The notes under the pieces: model-generated
What the model was told of the DNA's origin: nothing
The model's input: the letters and a program-made list of their open reading frames with translations, nothing else
Databases searched by the model: none
Made by a program: the position numbers and the translations under genes
Assembly: GCA_951406725.2 (NCBI GenBank)
Contig: OX597814.1
Span: 160,332,001 to 160,396,000, forward strand
Length of the DNA: 64,000 nt
Reading direction: 5' to 3'
Source: Octopus vulgaris
Lineage: Eukaryota
Shown here: one piece after another, positions 14,710-27,329 of the stretch
How the letters are laid out: every line of letters starts with the position of its first letter
Position numbering within the stretch: position 1 is the first letter of the stretch

Positions 14710-14807
14710 CTATTTTGACGAAGGTGCATCTTGTCGTAATTGCTCGAAATGCAGAATAGATAAAACAGTCGACAACTGATGAAGGGTCATTCCTTATATT
14801 ACTTGTC
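14710..14807 (+). ncRNA. Two tandem degenerate hammerhead-like motifs
   Basis: CTATT TTGACGA AG GTGCA...TGCTC GAAA TGCAG AATAG (stem I CTATT/AATAG), then GACAA CTGATGA AGGG-TCAT-TCCT ...TTGTC, which lacks GAAA. Confidence 0.35.
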
Positions 14808-14995
14808 TTGTTTTCCATTTGTTTCTTTCGTTGTTCGCAAAAAATAGTTCGTATTTCATGCTTTTTTCGTATTTCATCTTGTTTACGTTCTAGGACGTCC
14901 TGTAGCCATGTATGCATATGTATATACATATATATGTAAGTATGTACATATATGTACGTGTATATGTATATAATATATATGCATATATATATTAT

Positions 14996-15066
<71 letters not shown>

Positions 15067-15470
15067 TCGATGTATTTACGTCTATATACACACACTACAC
15101 GACATCAGCATTTGTGAGCTAATTTAAAATGTAATTGAAGAATTATCTATGTAGGTAGTGCTATATACGTATGTTATGTGCGCGTAGATAAATATAGAGA
15201 TAGAAAAAGACGCATAGACATACATACTTGCATACATGCATATATACATGCAGGCAAACATACATAAATACATACGTAAAAACGTAAATACATATATACA
15301 TATATACATACATTCATTCATCTACTTACTCTTGCTCTTTATACGCTTGTTTACCTGAACGAATATCACCCTCGCTCCAGAAGTATGTCAAATATGCTGG
15401 AAATTTTGATTATAATATCAACTTTTGATTATCATATCAACTTTACAATAATATCAACTTTGCAATAATA

Positions 15471-16792
15471 GGATTGCGGTTACCATCAGGAGAGACCATG
15501 GATGAATCCGACTGTAGTGGGTATAGATATTTAGGAATTTTGGAGTTGGATGATATTCTACACAGAGTCAAGGTCAGCGAAACATATCAAAACAGAGTGA
15601 AGATGGTGTTGAAATCCAACCTGAATGCCAAAAATTTGATTACCGCAATGAATATCTGGGCAGTTGCGGTGGCCAGATATAGTGTGTTCATCCTCAAATG
15701 GATGGAGAAGGAAATATTAAAACTGGATAAAAGGACGAGAAAGTTGATGATGCTACATGGGATGCTACACCCTAAATTAAACGTAAACAGACTATGTGAA
15801 AAGAAAGAATGGTGGCAGAGGACTAATTAGTATAGACCATTGTATAAGGAGTGAAAAGGGAACGCTTGCCGAGTATTTAATAAATAGTGATGATGACCTG
15901 CTGCAATATGCCGCGAAAGATATGGGTGCAAATGCAGATGAAATGATTGGCAAGGAAGAGTTTACCTAAAAAGCTGAGGCGAAGAGAAAAGAAGACCTTC
16001 CTGAAATGAGAATGCATGAACATTTTGAAAAGAATACAAAAGACGTTAAGGATAACACAGCATCATAGGCATGGCTTGAGCGAGGTGATTTAAAGCTCTT
16101 GCTACCAATTCAGTGAAGTATAACATCTATAAAACTTCTGACACCCAGAAATACAGACTCTGTGGAAAGAGTGTGGAAAATGTGATCCACTTGGTAAGTG
16201 GATGTGAGAGCCTCGCACAAAAAGAATACAAGCGCCGCCACGATAAAGTGTATGTGTATCTTCATTAGCTCTTATGCCGTAAATACTAATATGAAGTAAC
16301 AGAGAACTGATATGAGCATTTATCAAGTAAAGTTATGCAGGAGGATGGAAAAGTAACGATACCCTGGGACTATGATTTTCAGACGGGTCGTGTAATCGAA
16401 CACCATTGGCCGGGTATTGTCATATTGAACAAGAGAGACAAATACTCAGATCATTGATGTAGCCATACTAAATGGCATGAATTTTATGAGTAAAGAGGTT
16501 GAAACAATTACCAAGTACTACGAATTGTAAGTGGAAATGGCAAGACTATGGAATGCGAGAGGGTAATGTAAACGTGATACCAGCAGTGATCGGAGCGTTG
16601 GGCTGAATTCCACTGAAAATTCAAGATTTCTTAAGGCAACTGGAAATCCTATGCAAGACTGATGTCTTGCAAAAAGCAGCTTTATTGGGTACAGCGCACA
16701 TCTTAGGAAAGTATTATCTGTCTGAGTTCCTTGTTGTAACTTGACAGATTATTAAAAACTCCGATGCATTTTACCTACATTGTGTTACGAAG

Positions 16793-16795
<3 letters not shown>
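15471..16795 (+). mobile_element. R4/Dong-like non-LTR retrotransposon (RLE type), 5'-truncated and decayed
   Basis: YRYLGI, LDKRTRKLM...LHPK...GGRGL (RT thumb); YRLCG...IHLVSGC (CCHC, first C lost); KRRHDKV; IIDVAI; VIGALG; LQKAALLGTAHIL; ends in (TAA)n. Confidence 0.9.
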
Positions 16796-16842
<47 letters not shown>

Positions 16843-16846
<4 letters not shown>

Positions 16847-17280
16847 ACACAGATAGAGAAATTAAGGCCAACAGACCAGATATAGTTGTCAGAGATCATG
16901 AAGAAAAAAAAATGCTTTCTAATTGATGTATCAATACCGGCAGATGACAACGTGTCTCTAAAAGAAATGGAGAAACTCTCAAAATACAAAGACCTGGAAA
17001 TAGAGGTAACTAGAATGTGGAACCTGAAAACAGAAACAATTCCTATCATAGTAGGTGCATTAGGCATGATAAAAAAATATTCAGACAAATACATAACAAA
17101 AACACCAGGACTTACAAACACATATAACATACAGAAAATTGCACTACTAGGCACTGCACACATCCTACGCAGAACACTTTCCATACAATAACCATCAGAG
17201 CAACAAATCACAGCACATACCCAAGGCACACAGAGCTGCGCTCGGTAGTGAAGTGAAAGCACGATATAAAAATAAAACTA

Positions 17281-17285
<5 letters not shown>
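16843..17285 (+). mobile_element. Second R4/Dong-like LINE 3' end (RLE domain and 3' UTR) inside a (TAA)n array
   Basis: NRPDIV...CFLIDVSIP...EKLSKYKDL...IIVGALG...QKIALLGTAHILRRTL (PD-D/ExK RLE). One frameshift in an A run at about 16910; (TAA)n on both sides. Confidence 0.92.
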
Positions 17286-17375
<90 letters not shown>

Positions 17376-18854
17376 TGATGATGATGATAATACTAATAAT
17401 ATTTGTCTTGGTATAAAAGATGGGCTACAGCAAATATTCTGCTCAATACCACAGATTTGCGTGTCAGTTGTTTGACCTTAACCAGTTGAGCATGTTCCTT
17501 GATGGCTAACGATATGTGCATCTCTGATCACGAACAGAAGTAGTGGGGAAGCATCATACCCATGTGTTGAGAGGGATTCTTTGGGGGTTGAATAATTCAC
17601 CTCTGGGTGGTTCGTTCAACATCCTCAAACAATCCTTATTCAGGGACCTTTCTGAGCGGGATGGGTTACTCGACCAGAAGAAAATTCTAACTGGGCCCCA
17701 CCTGCAAGGTCATGTGATGTTTATCTTCATATGAAATCACGAAGACAGCACTTCTCTCTCCACTTTCAATTTCCTTTTCAAGTGAAACTTGAAGAAGTCA
17801 ATGAGAGCTCTACCAAAGAGAATGTATCTGTCCTCATGCCTTTCAGCCTTGTCCATCAAAATAATAATAATAATAATAATTGGCCCAAAAGGGTGAAATG
17901 CAAATTTGATCTCAGCGGCATTTGAACTGGGAAGTTAAAATGCCAGAGGAAAACAAATTCAAAGAGCAATTTTTCCAGAGATCTAACAATTCTGCCATAT
18001 AGTAACGATAGCGACAACAGCTAATTAAAAATACCCACAAACAGAAATGACCTACTATGAAAAGACAGTTGCCTACACTCGCACACACATATATATCCTT
18101 ATATGCATATATATATTAAGATATACACACACAGGCGCACACATACAAGCGTTCTCACACAAGCGCGCACACACACAGGCGAACATACACGCACTCAAAC
18201 TTCACACTTGTGTGAGTGTATGTGCGTGTGTTCGTGCGTATGTGTGCGTGTGCGTGTGCGTGTGTGTGTGAATATGTGTGTTTGTATTTGTGCGTGGTAG
18301 TATAAAAATATGCGGGTTTGTGTTTGAGCGAGTAGTAAAACCACTTGGAACAAAAACTAGGAACTTCCATAATATTTGTCATTGAGCCACGTGGGTATCT
18401 TTTTAATAGAAAATTTCAAAATTTGTACTCTGAAATAAAAGCTGCGATTGTCATCTCACTTGTTGCTTATAAGTGGATAGCTAACAAGCCATATGTACAG
18501 AGATGCACTTGCATCGCAGAAGCACCGTAGTGTTATGATGAACAGACACCATATTATCTTGTTTATTTTGTCTCTTTAGAATTATCTCAAAGCTCAAACG
18601 CGAATGACGATTAACAGAGATTGACTGAGTAAAGACTCTTGAGAAAGTTTTACCTATCAACATGAAGCAACCATCATTATCGTTTATCTGTGTGTATATA
18701 AATGTGTGTGTGAGTGCATACAGAAACAGAGACAGACAGACAGACATGCAATAAGAGCGTTGTAGTTTGCTAGAAGCATTGTAGTACCGAAGAAAGGGAA
18801 AGAGAAAAGGAAAATAAGAAAGCTTCTGACAATGCAGAAAGTTTCACTAGAAAA

Positions 18855-18891
18855 CTTAATATTTCAGGCAAAAAGGCCCATTCTCAGAAGG
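18855..18891 (-). ncRNA. Hammerhead motif, left arm of a palindromic pair (G8>A)
   Basis: Minus strand: CCTT CTGAGAA T GGGC-CTTTTT-GCCT GAAA TA TT AAG. Confidence 0.6.
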
Positions 18892-18960
18892 GAACAGTCT
18901 GGGAAATGTCCCGTTACACAGTTTCAGAACATGGTTAACTGGACCTTTCCCAAACAGTTC

Positions 18961-18998
18961 CCTTCTGAGGATGGATCTTTGCGGCTGAAACATTAAGG
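18961..18998 (+). ncRNA. Hammerhead motif, right arm of a palindromic pair
   Basis: CCTT CTGAGGA TGGATCTTTGCGGCT GAAA CA TT AAGG; stem I CCTT/AAGG, stem II eroded. Confidence 0.6.
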
Positions 18999-19134
18999 TG
19001 TTTGTAAATTTTCCACATTGTCAGCACCTTTCTTTCCAGACAGACAGACAGTCGGAGAGGAAGATATAGATATGTATATATACATATATACATTCACGCA
19101 GACACACTTATATTTTTGAGCGTGTGTATGTATG

Positions 19135-19200
<66 letters not shown>

Positions 19201-19409
19201 CACACATATTTATACAGTAGTTAAATTGTATGGTACACACCTGATAGTTTGCCGCCGATAAAGCACGTTCACTGGATCAGTGTCCATGTGTATGCAGTTA
19301 ATATATACCGTACATACAGTGGAAGCTCGTACATTTACATTTGTGCACATATATACATGCAGACATGTATACATATACATACATCTTTGTATATGGACGT
19401 GCACGCACA

Positions 19410-19606
<197 letters not shown>

Positions 19607-19639
19607 AGAATTATTCTATAATACACAGATACACATATA

Positions 19640-19854
19640 CGAGGGGGTATCGAATAGTTCCTGGCTTTGGGTAAAAGAAAATACAGGAGGATCAGTTACT
19701 TCTAATTTTATTCAACATTTCCCTTCCAGTTTGACACACTTATTGCAGTGATCCTTCAGTTTTTCTAAGCCTTGTAAAAGGACTCGGAAAGTTTAGCCTC
19801 CAGCCGGGCCTTTTGCCATACTCTTAAAGGCTGGAACTTTTCTGCACATCCTCG
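19640..19854. mobile_element. Tc1/mariner-type MITE
   Basis: TIR CGAGGG...AGTTCCTGGCTTT / AAAGGCTGGAACTTTT...CCTCG with TA on both flanks; three copies in the window. Confidence 0.85.
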
Positions 19855-20009
19855 TATAGTATAAAAATATTTATATCTATCCAGTAATAAACACTGTGGT
19901 AGGTTGGTGGGTAACCTGATTGCTATTATTTAAAGATTGGGAGTACATGCATATAACGTATGTGTATAGGTTTTGATATTCACTATGCAACGAATACACC
20001 TAAGGATGC

Positions 20010-21459
<1,450 letters not shown>

Positions 21460-21763
21460 GTTCATCTGAGAATTTGGACTGTTGAAGGTCAAGTTTTTTT
21501 CGTGAAAACATCAACTCCTACTCCATGTTTGTCTCTCAGATGATATTAGTAGGTGTGGGTCTTGGAAAGTCAAGCTATTGCAGTACATGGTCCACACTTT
21601 AAACGGGATGCATCTTAATTCTCATCACTGGCTATTCCATTCCTGGGGTTAAACTCAAGTCACCTTGTCAGCTTGTAAAAATTCCGTCGAACTCATACGC
21701 TGATTTCAAAATCTGTAAAAATGAAAGCTACAAACAATATGGGCTGCTTTTTAGCATATGTAT

Positions 21764-21826
21764 ACTCTTTTACTCTTTTACTTGTTTCAGTCATTTGACT
21801 GTGGCCATGCAGGAGCACCGCCTTTA
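21764..21826 (-). mobile_element. SINE family A 3' tail
   Basis: Matches 51020-51075. Confidence 0.75.
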
Positions 21827-21941
21827 ATATATATATATATATATATATTAAAGGTCACATGCTTTCAACATGTGACCTCGTGAGCACCGCCAGCAATTTT
21901 TTTCCTCTGTCTTCCCTTCTCGGGATCTTTCCTTCTCCTTT

Positions 21942-21976
21942 GTTTCCGACGAAGAGCTCCGCTCGAAACGTTAAAC
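21942..21976 (+). ncRNA. Minimal hammerhead motif (U4>C) in a ~230 bp island (21850-22078) between (TA)n runs
   Basis: GTTT CCGACGA A GAGC-TCC-GCTC GAAA CG TT AAAC; stems I and II perfect. Confidence 0.7.
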
Positions 21977-22073
21977 CCTCCTTCCTCCCTTCTATCCTGA
22001 GCGTCCACTAATACTTTATTTGTTCCACGTCCTCGCGTTGCTGTGTTTTTTTTTTGTGTTTTCTTGTTTGGAT

Positions 22074-22152
<79 letters not shown>

Positions 22153-22290
22153 CGGAGATGTACTCGCATAGCAAGTAATTTGATCTGAGATCGTGTGCTG
22201 AAACGAAAACAATTGCAGCGTGGGAGGTGTTTATAAGCCATTTAAGAAACACACAAAAGCCGTTCGATTCACTCCAACATTTAAGTTTAA

Positions 22291-22340
22291 TTTGTCAAAA
22301 TATTTTCGTCGCTAAAATCCGCGACCTGTTCACTGACAAA
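22291..22340 (-). ncRNA. Hammerhead motif with G3-C8 core variant in a ~205 bp island (22152-22358) between (TA)n runs
   Basis: Minus strand: TTTGTCA GTGAACA G GTCGC-GGATTTTA-GCGAC GAAA ATAT TT TGACAAA; 7 bp stem I, 5 bp stem II, palindromic loop ATAT. Confidence 0.75.
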
Positions 22341-22364
22341 GTCCGTGCTGCATCTCAGATATAT

Positions 22365-22417
<53 letters not shown>

Positions 22418-22421
<4 letters not shown>

Positions 22422-22540
22422 GTAAATATAATATGTGACAATTATTCAGTAGCCATGATAAAATTCCGAGTTTCGAATGTCGGAGCGCAACTTAGAGTTT
22501 TATCATGGCTACCGAATGCCTGTCACATATATTTACAGAT
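22418..22540. repeat. Foldback element, ~47 bp imperfect inverted arms
   Basis: ATCTGTAAATATA...TGTGACA...GTAGCCATGATAAAA pairs with TTTTATCATGGCTAC...TGTCACA...TATATTTACAGAT. Confidence 0.88.
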
Positions 22541-22666
22541 AAATCCCTCTATTTAATATCGAAGTCTCTTTCATTTTTTTGTTTTCTTACTATTTCCATC
22601 AATATATATATTTATTTATATACTTGTATTCGTTTTAACCATACATCTTCGGTCATGCTGGAGTAC

Positions 22667-22817
22667 GAGGGCGCATGGCTCAGTCGTTAGAGCGTCGGGC
22701 TCTCGATCATGAGGTAATGAATTCGATTCCCGGACCGGGCTCTGTGTTGTGTTCTTGAGCAAGACACTTCATTTCATGTTGCTCCAGTTCACTCAGCTGT
22801 AGAAATTAGTTGCGACG

Positions 22818-22820
<3 letters not shown>
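22667..22820 (+). mobile_element. SINE family B head
   Basis: TGGCTCAGTCGTTAGAGCG (A box), TTCGATTCC (B box), TTGTGTTCTTGAGCAAGACAC; homologous to the 56602-56938 head. Confidence 0.82.
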
Positions 22821-22882
<62 letters not shown>

Positions 22883-22989
22883 ATAAAAGGGTGAAATTAA
22901 TTAATTAGGGATAATTATCAATTACACCAAGTAGATTTCGGTATGTAAAAGCCCCATTCGAGGAAAATTTAAGTAATACTAAGTAATTA

Positions 22990-23050
22990 AGGGTTTAGCA
23001 ACGAATTGCCTCACCAGGTGTGTTGGTGAGGCAATTCGTTGCTAAACCCT
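22990..23050. repeat. Perfect 27 bp inverted repeat with 7 nt loop
   Basis: AGGGTTTAGCAACGAATTGCCTCACCA / TGGTGAGGCAATTCGTTGCTAAACCCT. Confidence 0.95.
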
Positions 23051-23061
23051 AATTACTAGTA

Positions 23062-23097
<36 letters not shown>

Positions 23098-23134
23098 TAT
23101 ATATATATATGGGTGTGTGTGATTGTGTATAGAA

Positions 23135-24210
23135 GAATATATTAATAAAAAGAATTCCAACCTTGTCTGATTTTCACGTTTTATTTACAATCTTATAATG
23201 ATATATTATAAGATAATATATTATAATTGAGTAAAATAAAATGAAATAGTAGAATGTTAAATATTCATTCTGATTGAACTAGTACTTTCATGCATTGAAT
23301 TCTGCAATCTTCGGGTTCATGTAGTAGTGTTGACAGTCATGCTTCACAATTTTTGACTGTAGCAAGATGAGTGATTCTGTGCTATAAATACAGCTGGGTA
23401 GGCTCCAGAGTGCTAGGTTTTGCAAACTGTATTCTGACCAATCAGTGTGTAGTATCACTCAATTACTTAAGCTGATTGGTTGGTTGAGCTGATTGGTTTA
23501 GGCATCACGCTTTGTTGGACAGGTCAAGAGTCCTGTATCTTGACCCTGGCCGAAGCAGCAATTGTTGGGTTATTTTTAGAAATGTTGTAAATATCCTTTG
23601 TCAGAGATTTTTATATTTTTATATTTCAATTGTCATCATCATCATTGTCAGCACCTTAATTATTGTTGCTAGTGGTGATGGTGGTGGCAATAGAACTTTT
23701 AACCCTAAATAAGATAATTTTCCTGCTATCTTCGTCTTGATCACCTTTAGTATTGTTGTTGTTGTTAGTGGTCATGGTCGTAGCAGTGGAAGTAATACCT
23801 CTAAGTATTATTATTATTGCTTATTTAGCTTGGGTTCGAATTTATCAATAAAATTCTTTTCTCTGATTTTCCTCTCGATTTCACTTGGGCTGTGTAATTT
23901 GTAGAATGGAAATATTATATATATTTTCCGACCACATGTTGCTAGGTGGTTACTCAAAGGTATCTGACGGACCTCTGGGTCTCTAATCTGTTGCCGGTGT
24001 ACACGTGAGCGTTCTAATAGTGCGTTTCCCGTCTGACCTACATATATTTCTTCACAATTTGGGCATTTGATGCAGTAAATTAAATTTCTGCTTTTGCAGT
24101 TCATATTCGCGTTTGTGAATATTTTCCCGGTTTTTGTGTTTATATATTGACCGGTATGTATGAATTGGCATGTGCCACATCGGCTATCATTGCATTTAGA
24201 TACCGTGGTA
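23135..24210 (-). mobile_element. Penelope-like element 3' end: Cys-rich linker, GIY-YIG endonuclease and 3' UTR
   Basis: Uninterrupted frame 24210-23814: KCNDSRCGTC...NLIYCIKCPNCEEIYVGQT...ER...H...REKNFI...PKLN; bounded by (TA)n. Confidence 0.92.
23275..23319 (-). ncRNA. Minimal hammerhead motif (U4>C) in PLE 3' UTR
   Basis: Minus strand: TGAAC CCGAAGA T TGCA-GAATTCAA-TGCA T GAAA GTAC TA GTTCA; same strand as the GIY-YIG ORF and about 500 nt downstream of it. Confidence 0.78.
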
Positions 24211-24217
24211 TATATAT

Positions 24218-24260
<43 letters not shown>

Positions 24261-24980
24261 CATACATATATGTATGCATGTATACACATAACACACACAC
24301 ACATTCGTTGCTCCGTTTTGTTCATATTATACAAAGTTCCTTGGTTACTGGAAATAAGGTAGGACAAGTGTTACGCCTAACGAGGCAGTAACATGCGTCT
24401 TCGGTTGTCCTCTTCTCTTCAGAGAGTAAGCCTGTCTTTTCCGTTAATGGTAAGTCAACTTCGGAGAAATTCTTGATTTTGAATTTTATCTCTCCTCATA
24501 CACAGCTGATCTTAACTGCGATTTAGTAGTTTTAACACATCCTCTGAAAACAATGATGGTGTTGATGAATCGAGAAAATAAATATGTATGTATTCTTCCT
24601 ACCTCGATTTCCATGAGGAGTGTTCTAAATATTCAACCAACTGAAACGAAATTTGTGCGTAACTGGTTGGATATTTCACAAATAGGTGTGTCTTTAACGT
24701 AATTCTCATGCACAGTCTTTCATGACTCAGTTTGTAACGTTGCTGCACGTTTGACTTGTAGTTACAGTCTATTTGACAGACTTCCAAAAACGTTCCGTCA
24801 TCCCCGTTTTATTCATTCTTCGGTGGGCGAAACAAGGTTACGATAATCCTGCTCATGATACCACACTGTGAGATCGAACTTGATCGCATAGCGGGTTACC
24901 TAAACATTACACACACACACACATACACACATGCACACACACACACACACACACACGCACACACGCACACAAACACACAA

Positions 24981-25023
<43 letters not shown>

Positions 25024-25111
25024 CATCACACACACACACATTCTAATTTAATTTTCCATATGTTAACATGTACCTCCTTGCGACAATGTAAACTTTTATT
25101 TAACGAAGATA

Positions 25112-25205
25112 TCCTTAGCCTGAAGAGAAGCCTGCGGTATACACCTCGTTTGGATATTCACCACTTCTGAGGTTCCGCTCGCTATGAAACATATGTAGCC
25201 CAGGA
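25112..25205 (+). ncRNA. Hammerhead motif with intact core and extended stem II
   Basis: TCCTTAGC CTGAAGA ...AGC..GCGG...CCGC..GCT.. GAAAC ATAT GTA GCCCAGGA; GUA site; stem I has two mismatches. Confidence 0.65.
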
Positions 25206-25529
25206 CCTTATCTACTCCATTCCATAACTGTTGTATTCTTATTCGCACACCCGGCAACTCTGGTCACCTACCGTGAAATACAAAACTCTTTTTCAATTTA
25301 TCGTACTTCGATACGAAAAAAATCCACAACTTTCCGTCTCAATAAACCACTATTGTCCTTGAAAGTTGTTTTTTTGCATTTACTGCGGATTGCTTGAAGC
25401 TAACATTCTTCCAACACATCAATACGTATGTATACACAGAAAGAGAGAGAGAGAAAGAGAGACAGACAGATAGATAGATAGTTTACAATCTTACTGATCT
25501 ATTTAAAAAATAAAGACAATCTGAATATG

Positions 25530-25651
25530 TACACATACCTATGTACGTATGTATGTACGTATGTATATAGGTATGAATGTATGTATGTATGTACGTATGT
25601 ATATAGGTATGTATGTATGTATGCATGTATGTACGTATGTATGTACATATG

Positions 25652-25685
<34 letters not shown>

Positions 25686-25715
25686 TGTATGTATGTATTA
25701 TATGTATGTATGTAT

Positions 25716-25747
<32 letters not shown>

Positions 25748-26122
25748 TTGTATGTATGTATGTACGTATGCATGTATGTATTGTATGTATGTATGTATGT
25801 ATGTATGTATGTATGTATTGTATGTATGTACGTATGTATGTATGTACGTATTGTATGTATGTATGTACGTATGTATGTATGTATTGTATGTATGTATGTA
25901 CATATGTATGTATGTATGTATGTATGTACGTATGTATGTATGTATTGTATGTATGTATGTATGTATGTACGTATGTATGTATGTATGTATTGTATGTATG
26001 TATGTATGTATGTATGTATGTATTATGTATGTATGTATGTATGTATGTATGTATTGTATGTATGTATGTATGTATGTATTGTATGTATGTATGTATGTAT
26101 GTAGGTATGTATGCATGTATGA
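25530..26122. repeat. (TATG)n array with recurrent TATTG and TACG interruptions
   Basis: Seen directly. Confidence 0.95.
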
Positions 26123-26863
26123 ATGTAAGGATACGTCTTTTTGCAATCACTATTTGCTCTTTCTTCACTAGTTTATGCTTCAAGTTGCTTTGATATTCCT
26201 TTCAAAACTTACAATCCTAAAGCATGAAATATTTACTTTTAAACTAATATTTTTCTTTAAATAGATAAGTAAAAACAAGAAATTTTTACTTTCGTTAATA
26301 TTTTATAATGTTTATTACTATTTTTATTATTATTGTTGTTGTTGTTGTTGTTTATGTTATCACTGTGATTTAAAGCATTTTCACATCTGAAATGTCTTTG
26401 ATTTTGTTTTGATTAGAGAAATAGAGATCTTCGTATATCGCTAATCAAAGTCGCTTTATCTTTTTTATGCGTTACATCATTCCGCAAGCACAACGATCGT
26501 TAACTCTGTGTGGTATCTGAACCCTTCCCCACGAGCAACAGCAGTCACATCCACCGCAAATTCCGCCTTATACTCTCTTAAAAAAGTAAGGACGCTTTGG
26601 GTAAATTTCTTCTTCATACACACAACGATCATCAACCTGCGGACAAATGATTGTTATTGATGGAAATCATTGGATCATAGGTCTCGGCAGTTTGCAGTGA
26701 CCTGGCGCTAAACCACTACCATCACCACCTCCACAACAACAACATCAACAACAATGATAACAGCAATAGCAACAGAATATCGGCAACCTAACTGTCGGTG
26801 ATTTTAGTAAAATACCAAGTGTTGTAGTACATCATGATATAGAAGGTCATGTTTCCTCTACAT

Positions 26864-27124
26864 CAGTGGTTCTTAATAGGAGCCTATGTGGCCCTTTGGT
26901 GGAGTGGTGCCCATATAAGATTTTATCTTTGAAATTTGTCTGCAACAAATTGGTTATACTTCAACATGCACTGGATATTTCAATGTTTTGTACAATTCCT
27001 AATAATATTTAGTTATAAAAATAAAGGTAAGATTTTTAAATAATCATAGAATATTTATGGCAGACCAGTAGGGTATTACAGGAATCAAAGGGGTCCATAG
27101 ACAAAAACTTGTTGAGAACTACTG
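26864..27124. mobile_element. hAT (Charlie-like) MITE
   Basis: TIR CAGTGGTTCTTAA / TTGAGAACTACTG; 8 bp TSD CTCTACAT/TTCTACAT; second copy inverted at 61299-61564. Confidence 0.85.
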
Positions 27125-27329
27125 TTCTACATAGTCTTCTTGTTTCATTTATCAATAGGTTTGCCAAAATTCCAACATACTTGAATATATTTAATCCGAT
27201 AATAAAAGTCTTTGCCTAAGACCCAGATTTTCGTCTCTCCCGCAGCACAAAATAATTTTAAAATTACGCTGTAAATATTTTTTACAATCCCAAGTATTTC
27301 TTTATCTCTCTTATTTATTTGAATTATAA

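Noticed and set aside
15405-15470. Short direct repeats (TATCAACTTT units) resembling a CRISPR-like array
   Set aside because: The units are adjacent, with no unique spacers and no cas genes, in a eukaryotic context; simple tandem duplication at a LINE 5' junction
17402-17760. GC-richer block after (TAA)n that looks like an interspersed repeat
   Set aside because: Single copy in the window with no diagnostic motif; it cannot be classified without a database search
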